A stretch of 64,000 bases of DNA from Trueperaceae bacterium (lineage in GTDB: Bacteria > Deinococcota > Deinococci > Deinococcales > Trueperaceae): positions 640,001 to 704,000 of the forward strand of contig OZ243927.1 of NCBI GenBank assembly GCA_965213925.1. Direction: 5' to 3'. Both the position numbers and the translations under genes were made by a program. How positions within the stretch are numbered: the first letter of the stretch is position 1; each line of letters opens with the position of its first letter. The notes under the pieces were generated by a model. It had not been told where the DNA came from and ran no database searches. It saw only the letters and a program-made list of their open reading frames with translations. Below, in pieces: positions 50,421 through 61,893 of the stretch.

Positions 50421-52196
50421 ATGCCTGACACCAAATCCACTAAGCCCACTAAACCTAAGCGCACGCACAAGCCCAGCGTCGAAGAGATTAAAGTTGCCAG
50501 CCGCTTTTTGAGCCAGGGCGTACAAGAGCAGCTCGACGCCCCTACTGACAACGTGGACGAAACCGGCTACCAGCTCCTCAAGTTCTCGGGTATCTATCAG
50601 CAAGACGACCGCGACCAGCGCAAGCAACGTCGTAAAGAGGGCAAGGACCGCGCTTACTCCTTCATGGTGCGCTCGAAAGCGCCTGCGGGCATCCTCTCCG
50701 CGGAGCAGTACTTGGTCCACGACAGGCTCTGCGACTCGCACGGCAACGGTACGATGCGCTTCACCACGCGCCAGGGTATCCAGCTTCATGGTGTCGTCAA
50801 GGGCGACCTCAAACCGCTCATCCAAGAACTCAACCACGCTTTAGTCACGACGCTCGCCGCCTGCGGTGATGTGAACCGCAATGTCATGGGCTGCCCCGCG
50901 CCCGAGAAAGACCGCGAGCACGCGCTGATCGATCAGGTGTGCCGCGAGATCGAGGCGCACCTCTTACCGCGTAGCACGGCGTATTACGACCTCTGGATCG
51001 ACGGCGAAAAGCAGCAAATCCCGGTTGCACCCGCCGTCTCGGAGGCGTCCCTCTCAGGCGACGAAGAGGAGCCGATTTACGGCAAGACCTACCTGCCGCG
51101 CAAGTTCAAAATCGGGGTGGCGTTTCCGCACGACAACTGCGTGGACGTGTTCACCCAAGACATCGGCATCGTGCCGGTTTTAGAGGGTGACACGCTCAGG
51201 GGCTACAATATCCTAGTGGGCGGCGGCATGGGCATGAGCCACACCGATGACACGACCTTCCCGCGTCTCGCGGAGCCTCTAGGCTTCGTTGCGCCGAACG
51301 CGCTCATCACTACCCTCGAAGCCATCGTCACTGTCCAGCGCGATTTCGGCAACCGCGAGAACCGCAAGCGGGCGCGGATGAAATATTTGGTGGACGAGTG
51401 GGGCATCGAGAAGTTTCGCGCTACCGTCCAGGAGCGCCTCAGCCACGAGATTCAACCTTGGGCCCAAGTCGGCGAATTCAGCGTAGACGACCACCTAGGC
51501 TGGCGCGAGCAGGGCGACGGGCGCTACTACTTTGGCGTCCCGGTGGAGAACGGGCGCATCAAGGACGAGGGCGAGATGCGGCTGCGCTCCGGCTTGCGTG
51601 CCATTATCGAGCGTTTCCGCTGCGAAGTGCGCATCACGGCGCAGCACAACCTCTTGCTCACGAATTTGAAGGCGGAGGACGAGGAGACGCTGCGGACGAT
51701 GCTACGTGAGTATGGCATCCGCACAAAAGAAGACATTACCAAAGCGCGGCGCTACGCTATCGCGTGCCCGGCGCTGCCGACGTGCAGCTTGGCGCTAGCC
51801 GAATCCGAGCGGGTCATGCCCTCAGTCATTGACGGGCTCGAGTCTCAACTCGACACTTTAGGCTTAGGAGGCGAAGACATCGTCATCCGCATGACCGGCT
51901 GCCCCAACGGGTGCGCCCGCCCCCACACCGCCGAACTCGCCTTTATCGGGCGTTCGCCGGGTAAGTATAAGCTCTACGTGGGCGGCGCGTTTAACGGCAC
52001 GCGCTTAGCGCAGGAGTACGCTGACTTAGTCGACCAAGACGACATCCTGCCGACCGTCACGCCACTTTTCAAGCTCTGGAAAGAGCAGCGCGAGCCGGAT
52101 GAGCACTTCGGGGACTTCTGCTACCGTCAAGGGGTGTCTACCCTGCAAGCAGCAACTCAGTCAGAGGCTCGAGAGGTCTCCCTGAGCCATGACTAA
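50421..52196 (+). CDS. cysI: sulfite reductase hemoprotein (CysI/Sir type)
   Basis: [42 protein letters not shown]. Confidence 0.9.
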   Translation: MPDTKSTKPTKPKRTHKPSVEEIKVASRFLSQGVQEQLDAPTDNVDETGYQLLKFSGIYQQDDRDQRKQRRKEGKDRAYSFMVRSKAPAGILSAEQYLVHDRLCDSHGNGTMRFTTRQGIQLHGVVKGDLKPLIQELNHALVTTLAACGDVNRNVMGCPAPEKDREHALIDQVCREIEAHLLPRSTAYYDLWIDGEKQQIPVAPAVSEASLSGDEEEPIYGKTYLPRKFKIGVAFPHDNCVDVFTQDIGIVPVLEGDTLRGYNILVGGGMGMSHTDDTTFPRLAEPLGFVAPNALITTLEAIVTVQRDFGNRENRKRARMKYLVDEWGIEKFRATVQERLSHEIQPWAQVGEFSVDDHLGWREQGDGRYYFGVPVENGRIKDEGEMRLRSGLRAIIERFRCEVRITAQHNLLLTNLKAEDEETLRTMLREYGIRTKEDITKARRYAIACPALPTCSLALAESERVMPSVIDGLESQLDTLGLGGEDIVIRMTGCPNGCARPHTAELAFIGRSPGKYKLYVGGAFNGTRLAQEYADLVDQDDILPTVTPLFKLWKEQREPDEHFGDFCYRQGVSTLQAATQSEAREVSLSHD

Positions 52197-52839
52197 CGCC
52201 TTGAACGTCACCGACCCTAAAGAGGTCGTCGCCTGGGCGCTAGAACGCTACCCCAACGCGATGATGACGAGCGGCTTTAACCTCAACGGTACGGTTCTGC
52301 TCGACTTCGCGGTGCGCGCAGGCTTTCGGGGCGAAGTCGTCTTTATCGACACCCTCTCGCACTTTCCCGAAACCCTGGCAACCCGCAACGCCATCGCCGC
52401 ACGCTACCCCGAAATCACCTTGACAACGCTTCAGCCTGCGCTACCTAAGAGCGCCCTACCTGCGTGCGGCACCGCGGACTGCTGCCAGGTCCGCAAGTTA
52501 GAGCCTCTACGCCTCTATCTCGCCGAAAAACAGCCGAGCGCGCTCCTCAGCGCCCGCAGCCGCTTTCAGAGCGAGACGAGAGCGCAGCTCAACACGGTAG
52601 AGGACAGCGGCGACTACGTCAAGGTGAATCCGCTGGCGCACCTCTCACGTGAAGATTTAGAGGCTTACGCCCGCGAAAACGACCTCCCCGTCAATCCGCT
52701 TTACTGGCAGGGCTTCTTGAGCATCGGCTGCGCACCCATGACGCGGGCGGTGCGCGAGGGCGAAGACATGCGAGCGGGGCGCTGGGAAGGGCAGGAGAAG
52801 ACGGAGTGCGGGCTGTGGTACGGGGATAAAGCGCTCTAG
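52189..52839 (+). CDS. cysH: APS/PAPS reductase
   Basis: FIDT..HFPET, CCQVRK, SIGC, RAGRW, KTECGL. Confidence 0.88.
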   Translation: MTNALNVTDPKEVVAWALERYPNAMMTSGFNLNGTVLLDFAVRAGFRGEVVFIDTLSHFPETLATRNAIAARYPEITLTTLQPALPKSALPACGTADCCQVRKLEPLRLYLAEKQPSALLSARSRFQSETRAQLNTVEDSGDYVKVNPLAHLSREDLEAYARENDLPVNPLYWQGFLSIGCAPMTRAVREGEDMRAGRWEGQEKTECGLWYGDKAL

Positions 52840-52884
52840 CCTCAAAAGAATAAAAAATAGAAGAGGTCGCGGTAAAGTGAAAAG

Positions 52885-53730
52885 GTGGAAGCTCCTCACA
52901 TCACGATTCGCGACCTCTCTAGTATTGACGACCTGAGCCTTTGTGAAGAGGTTCAGCGCTCGGTGTGGGGCTTCTCTGACCTCGAGGTCCTGGCGGCGTC
53001 GCACCTGAGTGCGGCGGTTCACGCGGGCGGCTTGATGGCGGGTGCGTTTTGCAGGGGCGCGCATGAAGAGGTGAACCGAAGGGACAAGGAGACGCTCTGC
53101 GGCTTCATTTTTGGCTTCCCCTCTTACGAAGATGGTTCGGTCGGCCTCCACTCGCATATGATGGCGGTCTTGCCCGACTATCGCGGGTTGGGCATCGGTC
53201 AGCGGCTCAAGTGGTTCCAGCGTAGCTGGTGTTTAGAGCGAGGATTAGACTGGGTCACGTGGACCTTCGACCCCTTGCAAGCCAAAAATGCGAAGCTCAA
53301 CTTGGAGCATTTGGGCGGGACGGCGTCGGAGTATCTCGTCAACCCTTACGGTGAGTTGGGAGGCGACCTCAACGGCGAGCTGCCCAGTGACAGGCTCGTC
53401 ATCCGCTGGGACTTGCTGTGTAAGGAGGTGAAAAGGCTTGAGGCCGGCTCACCGCAAACCCCGCTCGCCCTGGACTCGCTCCAGGACGCGCCGCACGCCT
53501 ACGCCCTTCGCGCCAACGTACTAATGCCTAATTTCACGGATGAACCTCTTCTTTACGTGGCGACGCCGGAAGATATCAACGCTCTGAGGTCCGCCAACCC
53601 GGACAAAGCGCTGGCTTGGCGACTCGCTCAGCGCGAGGTGTTTTTAGAGCTTTTCGGCAGAGGCTACAGCGTGACACGGTTTGTGAACGGCTGTTACGTG
53701 CTCGAGCGCCAAGTTAGCGTGCAAGGGTAG
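52885..53730 (+). CDS. GNAT-superfamily acetyltransferase (COG3375-like)
   Basis: LHSHMMAV, WTFDPL, NAKLNL, SDRL. Confidence 0.8.
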   Translation: MEAPHITIRDLSSIDDLSLCEEVQRSVWGFSDLEVLAASHLSAAVHAGGLMAGAFCRGAHEEVNRRDKETLCGFIFGFPSYEDGSVGLHSHMMAVLPDYRGLGIGQRLKWFQRSWCLERGLDWVTWTFDPLQAKNAKLNLEHLGGTASEYLVNPYGELGGDLNGELPSDRLVIRWDLLCKEVKRLEAGSPQTPLALDSLQDAPHAYALRANVLMPNFTDEPLLYVATPEDINALRSANPDKALAWRLAQREVFLELFGRGYSVTRFVNGCYVLERQVSVQG

Positions 53731-53751
53731 TCTCGAGAAGTCAGCGCGAAT

Positions 53752-53780
53752 GTAGGGACGGGTTTCAAACCCGCCCCTAC
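53752..53780. repeat. GTAG-type REP variant
   Basis: GTAGGGACGGGTTTCAAACCCGCCCCTAC. Confidence 0.75.
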
Positions 53781-53813
53781 GGAGCAAGCGTGGGAATCTC
53801 TAAAACTCGAGCC

Positions 53814-55625
53814 TTACGACAATCGCCTATCCAACTCGAACGCCGCGCTGATGAGCCCTAAGTGCGTGAACGCCTGCGGAAAATTGCCGAGCTGCTGCCC
53901 GTACGGCCCGATCTCTTCAGAGAAGAGCCCGACGTGGTTGGCGTAGCCCAAAAACTTCTCGAATAGGAGCCGCGCTTTGGCGACCTCGCCCGCCCTCGCC
54001 AAGCATTCGATGTACCAAAACGAGCAGATATTAAAGGTGCCTTCCTTGCCACGCAAACCGTCGTCAGTTTTATCGTTGTGGTAGCGGTAGACCAAAGATT
54101 CATCGACCAACTCGTCCTCGATGACCTTTAAGGTCGAGAGCCATTTGGGGTCGTTCGGCGAGACGAATTTGACCAAGGGCATCAAGAGGCTCGAGGCGTC
54201 CACCGCGCGGGAGCCCTTAAACTGCACGAACGCCCCTCTATCCTCATCCCAGAAGTTTTCAAAGATGTCGTAGTAAATCTCGTCTCTGACCTTGTGCCAG
54301 CGCTCCAAGGGAGCCGGGAAGGAGCGCTTATGCGCCAAGCGAAAACCTCTGTCCACCGCGACCCAACACATGAGCCGGGAGTATAAGAACTCCTGCTTAC
54401 CGCTCCGCACCTCCCAGATGCCGTGGTCCTTGCGCCGCCAGTTCTCGCAGACCCAGTCGATCATGGTGATGAGGTGCTGCCACAAGTCGAACGAAATCGG
54501 CTCGCCGTACTTGTTGTACAGATAGACCGAGTCCATGAGCGTGCCGTACACGTCGAGCTGGAGTTGGTCGTAGGCGCTGTTGCCTAAGCGCACGGGCGCG
54601 GAGCCTTTGTAACCCTCTAAGTGCGTCAGGTTCTCCTCGGGGATTTCGCGCTCACCGTCGATGCCGTAGAGCGCTTGGAGGAGACCCCCATCTTCTAGCG
54701 CCTCGCCCGGTTCGGTGGATTCCGCCGCCCGCGCCGAAATCCACGCCATAAAGTCCGCCATCTCGTCCGTGTAGCCGAGCCTCGAGAGCCCGTAGACGGT
54801 GAACGACGCATCCCGAATCCAGGTGTAGCGGTAGTCCCAGTTGCGCTCGCCGCCCTCCTCTTCGGGCAGCCCCATCGTCGCGGCGGCGACGATGGAGCCC
54901 TCGGGCGCGTAGGTGAGGAGTTTTAGAGCGAGCGCCGAGCGGCGCATCTCTTCGCGCCAGCGCCCCCCGTAGGTCGAGAGGTTCACCCAGTTCTGCCAAA
55001 AGTTGAGCGTCTCCTTGAACGATTCCGAGGGGAACGCTTCTGCCGCGGCGGGCGAGTTCTCGCATTCCTCTTCTAACACGAACGACGCGGTTTCCCCTGC
55101 ACGCAGAGTGAATTCAGCGACGGCATCCCCGTCTTCCACCGCTAAGTCGACCTCGGAACGCAACACTAAGGTCAAGTCCTCCGACGAAAACCGCGCGCCC
55201 TCGTCGCACGTTTCAGCAGTGTGCTCCGCTCTCGCGTAGTCGAAGCGCGGCGCGCAGAGGAGGCGAAAGCGCATCTCGCCGCGGATGATCTTGACGCGCC
55301 GCACGACGCGGTGGTTGTGACCCTCTTTGATCGGCATAAAGTCCGAGAGTTCCGCCACGCCCTCTTCGGATAGAAAGCGCGTCAAGAGGATGTTCGAATC
55401 CGGCAGGTAGAGCTGCTTGCGCGTGACCTTCTGCTCCTCCTCTTGCGATAAGAGGGGCTCGAGCCAAAAACACCCGCCCTTATCCGCGTCTAGGAGCGCC
55501 GCAAAAATCGTCGGCGAGTCGAAGCGCGGAAAGGTCATGTAGTCGATCGCGCCGCCCTTGCTGACTAAAGCCACCGTATGCAAGTCACCGATGACCGCGT
55601 AATCCTCAATCGGTCTATACCTCAC
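53814..55625 (-). CDS. glycoside hydrolase family 15 (trehalase/glucoamylase-like)
   Basis: RNWDYRYTWIRD, QLDVYG, GIWEVR, GNFPQAFTH. Confidence 0.93.
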   Translation of the reverse strand: MRYRPIEDYAVIGDLHTVALVSKGGAIDYMTFPRFDSPTIFAALLDADKGGCFWLEPLLSQEEEQKVTRKQLYLPDSNILLTRFLSEEGVAELSDFMPIKEGHNHRVVRRVKIIRGEMRFRLLCAPRFDYARAEHTAETCDEGARFSSEDLTLVLRSEVDLAVEDGDAVAEFTLRAGETASFVLEEECENSPAAAEAFPSESFKETLNFWQNWVNLSTYGGRWREEMRRSALALKLLTYAPEGSIVAAATMGLPEEEGGERNWDYRYTWIRDASFTVYGLSRLGYTDEMADFMAWISARAAESTEPGEALEDGGLLQALYGIDGEREIPEENLTHLEGYKGSAPVRLGNSAYDQLQLDVYGTLMDSVYLYNKYGEPISFDLWQHLITMIDWVCENWRRKDHGIWEVRSGKQEFLYSRLMCWVAVDRGFRLAHKRSFPAPLERWHKVRDEIYYDIFENFWDEDRGAFVQFKGSRAVDASSLLMPLVKFVSPNDPKWLSTLKVIEDELVDESLVYRYHNDKTDDGLRGKEGTFNICSFWYIECLARAGEVAKARLLFEKFLGYANHVGLFSEEIGPYGQQLGNFPQAFTHLGLISAAFELDRRLS

Positions 55626-55704
55626 GCTGCCACCTCATCAAATAATGCAATTTTATAGACGCTCATCCTCTATAATAACGCACGCCCAGCCCTATAATGC
55701 CCAT

Positions 55705-56742
55705 ATGAACATTCTTGTCTTAGGCGGTACGAACTTTATCGGCGCACACGCGGTGCGGCGGCTCGCCTCGCCCAGTTCTACGTCACCGGGTCATGAGGTT
55801 ACGGTGTTTCACCGGGGTGAAACGGAAGCTGAATTGCCCGAAAGCGTGGAGCATATCTACGGTGACAGAAAGAGGTTACGCGAGTACCAAGAGGTGTTTG
55901 CGGGGCTCGAGCCTGATATTGTCTTGGATACCCTAGCGATGACCGAAGTGGACGCGAACGCTGTTGTAGAAACTTTTCAAGGACTCGCGAAGCGCTTGGT
56001 TGTGCTGAGCAGCGGCGACGTGTACCGCGCATATGGGCGACTTATCAAGCAAGACCCCGGTCCACCCGACCCTACCCCTCTTACTGAGGAATCACCTCTT
56101 AGAGATAAGCTCTATCCTTACCGAGACTATGCGGACGGTCCTGACGACTTCGAATACAGCTACGACAAAATTTTAGTCGAGCGCGCAGTGATGGCGCAGC
56201 CTGACGAATTGCCCGCAACCATATTACGTCTGCCGATGGTATTTGGCCCCGGTGACTATCAGCACCGCTTGTTCCCTTACCTCAAAAGGATGGACGACGA
56301 ACGCCCCTTTATTCTGCTCGCTGAGGATTGGGCGAGCGCAAGGGCTCTGCGCGGTTACGTTGAAGATATGGCGGAGGCAATTGCTTTATGTGTGACGAAA
56401 GAGGAAGCGGCGAACCGTGTCTATCACGTGGCGTATCAGGAAAACTATATGGAAGAGGTCTGGTTGGACGCGGTCGCTGAAACTGTTGGCTGGAAGGGCG
56501 ACGTTATCAAAATCCTGAACGGTGAGCTTCCTGAGAGTTTGCAACATCACATGGACATGAGGCAGGACTGGTCGGTGGACTCGAGGCGCATCCGCACCGA
56601 ACTCGGCTACGAAGAGATCGTGCCGCTCGAGGAAGCGTTGCGCCGTACGGTCGCGTGGGAGCGCGAACACCCGCCCGAAGAGGTTGACGTGAAAAAGTTT
56701 GACTACGAAGCTGAGGATGAGGTCGTCGGGCGTATAAGCTGA
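55705..56742 (+). CDS. NAD-dependent epimerase/dehydratase family protein
   Basis: ILVLGGTNFIG, SSGDVY, Y.K; TATAAT 6 nt before ATG. Confidence 0.88.
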   Translation: MNILVLGGTNFIGAHAVRRLASPSSTSPGHEVTVFHRGETEAELPESVEHIYGDRKRLREYQEVFAGLEPDIVLDTLAMTEVDANAVVETFQGLAKRLVVLSSGDVYRAYGRLIKQDPGPPDPTPLTEESPLRDKLYPYRDYADGPDDFEYSYDKILVERAVMAQPDELPATILRLPMVFGPGDYQHRLFPYLKRMDDERPFILLAEDWASARALRGYVEDMAEAIALCVTKEEAANRVYHVAYQENYMEEVWLDAVAETVGWKGDVIKILNGELPESLQHHMDMRQDWSVDSRRIRTELGYEEIVPLEEALRRTVAWEREHPPEEVDVKKFDYEAEDEVVGRIS

Positions 56743-56940
56743 GCGGTCTGAATATGTTCTAAACTTCACATTTTGGTGCTCTTATACATTTTGTGAATCT
56801 GTGTAAGGTTTTTGTATGAGCCAAGAGGTCATACTAACGATAGCGTTTTCGAAGCTACTAAGCTTGCACCACGCTTATGAAATTTCGGTGGAGCCGAGGG
56901 TCTCAGGCGAAGCCCGGCGGGATTTCATTCCGCAGTGTGA

Positions 56941-57336
56941 ATGCTAGTCGATACTTTAGAGGGATATCTACAAACGATACCTGCTATACCTGGAGGAACC
57001 GTGAGAGAAGCTATTCGTAAAGCGATTCAAGATACTGCCGACGAACTCAGCCTAGACGTTGCGTTTTCGCTCGGCAGACGGCAGACGGATATTTTGGTCA
57101 TGCACCTTAAAGGCAAGCGCAAGCGCACCTTAGCCTTGCCGACCTATATCTTAGACATCTTCCCCGACGTGGACATCGAATTTATCCGCTCGGGCAGTAA
57201 CGGCAGCGATCATACGCTGACCGCCGTGGTGACGCAGAAGCTCTCGGAGCAGTCCGTGGAGGTGCAAGAGCGCCGCGCCAAACTCCGTTTACTCCTCACG
57301 CAGACGCCGGAGATGCCCTCGCTCAACGCCGACTAG
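56941..57336 (+). CDS. hypothetical protein
   Basis: 131-aa ORF with plausible codon usage; no recognised motif. Confidence 0.6.
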   Translation: MLVDTLEGYLQTIPAIPGGTVREAIRKAIQDTADELSLDVAFSLGRRQTDILVMHLKGKRKRTLALPTYILDIFPDVDIEFIRSGSNGSDHTLTAVVTQKLSEQSVEVQERRAKLRLLLTQTPEMPSLNAD

Positions 57337-57401
57337 TCACCGAGTACACGAACGCTAGACCCTCACCTTCCTGTTATAACGAACGCAGGAAGGTGATTTT
57401 T

Positions 57402-58445
57402 ATGCCTCACAGCATAGAACAGAACAGCGCAGAACAGAATACGCGGATTTTACTCTCAAGCCGTCCCCAAGGCTGGGTCACGCAGGAGAACTTCGACACG
57501 GTTCAAACGTCCGTCCCAGAAGCCGAAGAGGGACAGATGCTCGTGCGCAACCTCTGGCTCTCTTTGGACCCCTACATGCGCGGGCGGATGAACGACGCCG
57601 AGTCGTACGTGCCGCCTTTCCAGGTTGGCGAAGCCTTGCAGGGTCAAGCGGTGGCGGAAGTCGTGGCGTCGAAACACGAAAAATTCAGCGAGGGCGACTT
57701 GGTCACGGGCATGTTCGGCTGGGAAGAGTATTCGCTTTCCGGTGGCGAAGGCGTGCGTAAAGTTGAGCGGAGCGGCGTTCCCCTCTCCTACTATTTGAGC
57801 ATCCTGGGCGTCACCGGGCTCACGGCGTATCTCGGACTGTTCGATGTCGGCGGCTTGAGAGAGGGCGAGACGCTCTTCGTCTCGGCGGCGGCGGGCGCAG
57901 TCGGCAGCGCGGCGGGGCAGATGGCGAAGCTCAAAGGCTGCCGCGTGGTCGGCACGGCGGGCTCGGATGAGAAGGTCGACTACTTGACGAACGAGCTAGG
58001 CTTCGACGCGGCGTTCAACTATAAAACCTCCAAACTGAGCCAGGCACTAAAAGAGACCTGCCCGGACGGAATCGACCTCAACTTCGAGAACGTGGGGGGA
58101 GACATCTTAGAGGCGGTCCTACCCCGCATGAACAACTTCGGGCGCATCACGGTCTGCGGCATGATCGCGCACTACAACGACGAGACGCCGCGCCCCGGTC
58201 CGCGCACCTTGCCGCTCGTCATCAGCAAGCGGCTCAAGTTGCAAGGCTTCATCGTTTCGGACCACTTGGACCGGATGAAGCCCTTTGTTCAAGAGATGAG
58301 CGGTTGGATAGCCGAGGGTAAAGTTAAGCAGCGTGAGACAGTCGCTGAGGGAATCGAGAGTGCGCCGGGGGCGTTTATCAAGATGCTGGAGGGAGACAAA
58401 GTCGGCAAGCAACTTGTGAAGGTCGGCGAGGAGCCGAGCGCATAG
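57402..58445 (+). CDS. NADP-dependent oxidoreductase (CurA/prostaglandin reductase-like MDR)
   Basis: LSLDPYMRGRM, AAAGAVGS, FENVGG, CGMIAHYN. Confidence 0.92.
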   Translation: MPHSIEQNSAEQNTRILLSSRPQGWVTQENFDTVQTSVPEAEEGQMLVRNLWLSLDPYMRGRMNDAESYVPPFQVGEALQGQAVAEVVASKHEKFSEGDLVTGMFGWEEYSLSGGEGVRKVERSGVPLSYYLSILGVTGLTAYLGLFDVGGLREGETLFVSAAAGAVGSAAGQMAKLKGCRVVGTAGSDEKVDYLTNELGFDAAFNYKTSKLSQALKETCPDGIDLNFENVGGDILEAVLPRMNNFGRITVCGMIAHYNDETPRPGPRTLPLVISKRLKLQGFIVSDHLDRMKPFVQEMSGWIAEGKVKQRETVAEGIESAPGAFIKMLEGDKVGKQLVKVGEEPSA

Positions 58446-58858
58446 GGACGCCTACTCCTCAGGGGCGATTCATACAGTGATGAATATGTGCCCCTACACA
58501 GCGCCGCATCACCTTTTGGTCTTTAGCTGAATCACCCAGCCTCTTTTCGAAAAGGCTCGAGCCAAAACACGACCCCCTCAACCTCTTCTCCGCGCTTCAT
58601 TCGCGTCCTCAACCTCTTTTCACAGGTACACCGTAGTAACCCCCACAACTCGTGATAGACTTGCGCGTGCAGTCAAATCTGCAACATCGCTGTCGGACAG
58701 AAAGAGGGGCTTTGTGGCAAGCTTGCGGAAATACTGCTGCAAAGGTTCGCAGATATCATCTCGTAATATATGCGCTAGTCACCACCTTTTTGACTGAGCG
58801 CGTTCGTGACCGGATGATGCCTGCTGCTTTTGTCTGACGATTTCTTAGTGGAGGGTCT

Positions 58859-60985
58859 ATGAGGTTTTTGATTATCCTGATTCCGCTCTGCGCCGTAGGT
58901 GCGCTTGTAGCGGCAGCTTACTTTGCGCAGCGCATCCTCGCCGCCGAGACCGGCAACGCGCGCATGGTCGAGATTTCGGACGCCGTCAAGCAGGGTGCGA
59001 TGGCGTACATGAGCCGCCAGACGCAAACCATCGCGGTGGTCGCGGCGATCATTACCGCGCTCTTCGCCGTCGTCGCGCTCACGCAGAGCGGCTTCCAAGC
59101 GACGCTCTGGTGGTGGACCACGGCGGGCTTCGTCGTCGGGGCGCTCTTTTCGGCGATCAGCGGCTATATCGGTATGAATATCGCGGTGCGCACGAACGTG
59201 CGCGTGGCGCAGTCCGCGCGGAGTGGGCTTTTAGGGGCGCTGGAAATCGCCTTTAATGGCGGCGCGGTCGCGGGTCTCGCGGTAGCAGGCTTGGCACTTT
59301 TAGGCGTGAGCGGTTTCTTCTTTTTGTTCTATTCGGTCTTCAGCCTAGAGAACCCCGTTGAACCTCTTGTCGGCTTCGCCTTCGGCGCGAGTCTGATCAG
59401 CCTCTTCGCCCGCGTAGGCGGCGGCATCTACACGAAAGCGGCGGACGTTGGCGCGGACTTAGTGGGTAAGGTCGAGGCGGGCATCCCCGAGGACGACCCG
59501 CGTAACCCAGCCGTTATCGCGGACAACGTCGGCGATAACGTCGGTGACTGCGCAGGCATGGGCGCGGACCTCTTCGAGACCTACGCGGTCACAGCCATCG
59601 GTGCGGTCTTTTTAGGCTACCTGCTCCCTGGCACGGGCGAGATTACGGCGCTCGTTATCTATCCTTTAGTCCTCGGCGCGATCGCCATTTTAGCGAGCGT
59701 CGCAGGCGTTTTCTTTGTCAAGCTGGACGACGACCTAAACATCATGAAGGCGCTCTACAAAGGTGTCTTCGTGAGCGCGGGCATCAGCGTGGTGGGCTTT
59801 TTCCTCGTCTCGATCATCGCCTTCGCTCGCTTCGACTTCTCAGCGGTCGGGCTCGTCTCAGAACTCACCGGGCTCAGCACCTTCCCGCCCACGACGAACT
59901 GGTTCACGGTCTTTTTAGCCTCTGTGGTCGGCATGGGCGTCGTGCTCCTCCTGATGTTCATCACCGAGTACTACACCTCGACTCGTTACGCGCCTGTGCA
60001 ACGTGTGGCGCGTGCGTCGGAGACGGGTAGCGCGACGAACATCATCAGCGGCTTGGCGGTCGGGATGCAGAGCACCGCGGTTCCCGTGGTTATCCTCGCG
60101 TTTGCGATTTTCTTCTCCTATCAGCTCGCCGGGCTCTACGGCATCGGCGTCGCGGCGGTCGCGATGCTCTCGGTGACGGGCATGATCGTCGCGATGGACA
60201 CTTACGGACCGATTACCGACAACGCGGGCGGCATCGCTGAGATGAGCGAATTGCCCGAAGAGGTCAGGGAAGTGACCGACGCGCTCGACGCGGTGGGCAA
60301 CACGACGAAAGCGGTCACGAAAGGCTACGCCATCGGCTCGGCGGCATTGGCGGCGTTGGTTCTCTTCGCGGACTACACCTACCGCTTGAATCAGGGCACG
60401 GATGAGTTCGTGTTCCGTTTAGACGATCCCATCGTGCTCGTCGGGCTCTTCCTCGGCGCGATGTTGCCCTTTCTCTTCTCGGCGTTCCTCATGGAGTCGG
60501 TAGGTAAAGCGGCGGGTAGCGTCATCGAAGAGGTGCGCAGGCAGTTCCGCGACATTCCGGGCATTATGGAAGGTACCGCCAAGCCCGAGTACGGCAAAGC
60601 CGTAGACATCGTGACCCGCGCAGCCCTCCGCGAGATGGCGCTACCCGGTATCCTTGCCGTTGCTGCGCCCCTCCTCGTCGGCTTCTTGTTCGGACCGCTC
60701 GCGCTCGGCGGGCTGCTCATCGGCGTGATCGGCAGTGGTCTAATGATGGCTTTGATGATGTCCAATGGGGGCGGCGCGTGGGACAACGCGAAGAAGTACA
60801 TCGAAGACGGCAACCACGGCGGCAAGAACAGCGAGGCCCACGCGGCGTCGGTTGTGGGGGACACCGTTGGCGACCCCTACAAGGACACAGCGGGTCCATC
60901 CATTAACCCGCTCATCAAAGTTATCAACACTGTGGCGCTGATTTTCGCAGGGATTATCGCGAGCGTCGGTGGGATTTTGATGTAG
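58859..60985 (+). CDS. hppA: membrane H+-translocating pyrophosphatase, K+-independent signature
   Basis: [26 protein letters not shown] (Lys at the K+-determinant site), [10 protein letters not shown]. Confidence 0.93.
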   Translation: MRFLIILIPLCAVGALVAAAYFAQRILAAETGNARMVEISDAVKQGAMAYMSRQTQTIAVVAAIITALFAVVALTQSGFQATLWWWTTAGFVVGALFSAISGYIGMNIAVRTNVRVAQSARSGLLGALEIAFNGGAVAGLAVAGLALLGVSGFFFLFYSVFSLENPVEPLVGFAFGASLISLFARVGGGIYTKAADVGADLVGKVEAGIPEDDPRNPAVIADNVGDNVGDCAGMGADLFETYAVTAIGAVFLGYLLPGTGEITALVIYPLVLGAIAILASVAGVFFVKLDDDLNIMKALYKGVFVSAGISVVGFFLVSIIAFARFDFSAVGLVSELTGLSTFPPTTNWFTVFLASVVGMGVVLLLMFITEYYTSTRYAPVQRVARASETGSATNIISGLAVGMQSTAVPVVILAFAIFFSYQLAGLYGIGVAAVAMLSVTGMIVAMDTYGPITDNAGGIAEMSELPEEVREVTDALDAVGNTTKAVTKGYAIGSAALAALVLFADYTYRLNQGTDEFVFRLDDPIVLVGLFLGAMLPFLFSAFLMESVGKAAGSVIEEVRRQFRDIPGIMEGTAKPEYGKAVDIVTRAALREMALPGILAVAAPLLVGFLFGPLALGGLLIGVIGSGLMMALMMSNGGGAWDNAKKYIEDGNHGGKNSEAHAASVVGDTVGDPYKDTAGPSINPLIKVINTVALIFAGIIASVGGILM

Positions 60986-61039
60986 CGTTACGGTTCCGCT
61001 GAGTTTTAAGCGTAGTATCCCCTTCACTCGAGGGGGATT

Positions 61040-61885
61040 TCATTTACGCCGCACCGCCACGATAATGTGCGTCCCGCCGTCCAAGTTCCCCGGCTCCGCG
61101 CACAGCTTTCGCTCCCACTCGAGCAGCCTCGCCCACACCTCCGGCTCCTGCTCGTATCTCGCGACCTCTTCGCTGTGAGAGGTCGTCAGATGGTTGGCGG
61201 CAGACGCGGTCAAAATCTCGCAGGCGTGACGCTCGAGCAAGTCCTTTAGCTCAGCCCACGTGTACATCTTCATGACGTGACCTCTTGCGAAGTCTTTAGA
61301 CAACACGCCCGTTTCGATGACCTCTTCGGCAGCGTCCAAACCGTGTAAGCGGAGAAAGTCCAAAACGCCTGGCAAAAAGATGCGCGTCGCGCCGACTTTG
61401 GACATGACGCTGAGGAGGAGCACGCCGCCCGGCTTCGTCACGCGGAGCAGCTCGGTGAGGGCGTCGTCGGCTCGTTCCATCACGTAGCTGAGCGGACCGC
61501 CATAGCAGAGGGTGGCGTCAAACGTGGCATTCTCAAAACGGGACAAGTCGGTGATGTCGAGTTGATGCCTGGAGACGACCGCCCCTTCGAGCCCTGCTTC
61601 TCTCACCCGCTTGCGGTTCTGCGCCAACTGTTCCTTAGAGATGTCGCCTACCGTCACCCTTGCGCCAACCTTGGCAAGTTCAAGGGTGAAGCGTCCTGGT
61701 CCCGCGCCTGCATCCAAAACAGCCATTCCTGGTTGGATAAACTTCTTCAGGTAGTGCGTATGTAGATGCAAACTCACGCGGTCTAAAGGTGCACTAAAGC
61801 GCTCCCACTCGCGCTCGCCGTAAGCGTCGAAGAAGTGGGCGATGTGCGTAGGATCGTACGCACCGTGTTTGGACTCGCCGGACAC
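61040..61885 (-). CDS. class I SAM-dependent methyltransferase
   Basis: VLDAGAGPGRF, LRVTKPGG. Confidence 0.88.
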   Translation of the reverse strand: MSGESKHGAYDPTHIAHFFDAYGEREWERFSAPLDRVSLHLHTHYLKKFIQPGMAVLDAGAGPGRFTLELAKVGARVTVGDISKEQLAQNRKRVREAGLEGAVVSRHQLDITDLSRFENATFDATLCYGGPLSYVMERADDALTELLRVTKPGGVLLLSVMSKVGATRIFLPGVLDFLRLHGLDAAEEVIETGVLSKDFARGHVMKMYTWAELKDLLERHACEILTASAANHLTTSHSEEVARYEQEPEVWARLLEWERKLCAEPGNLDGGTHIIVAVRRK

Positions 61886-61893
61886 GCCTTAGT

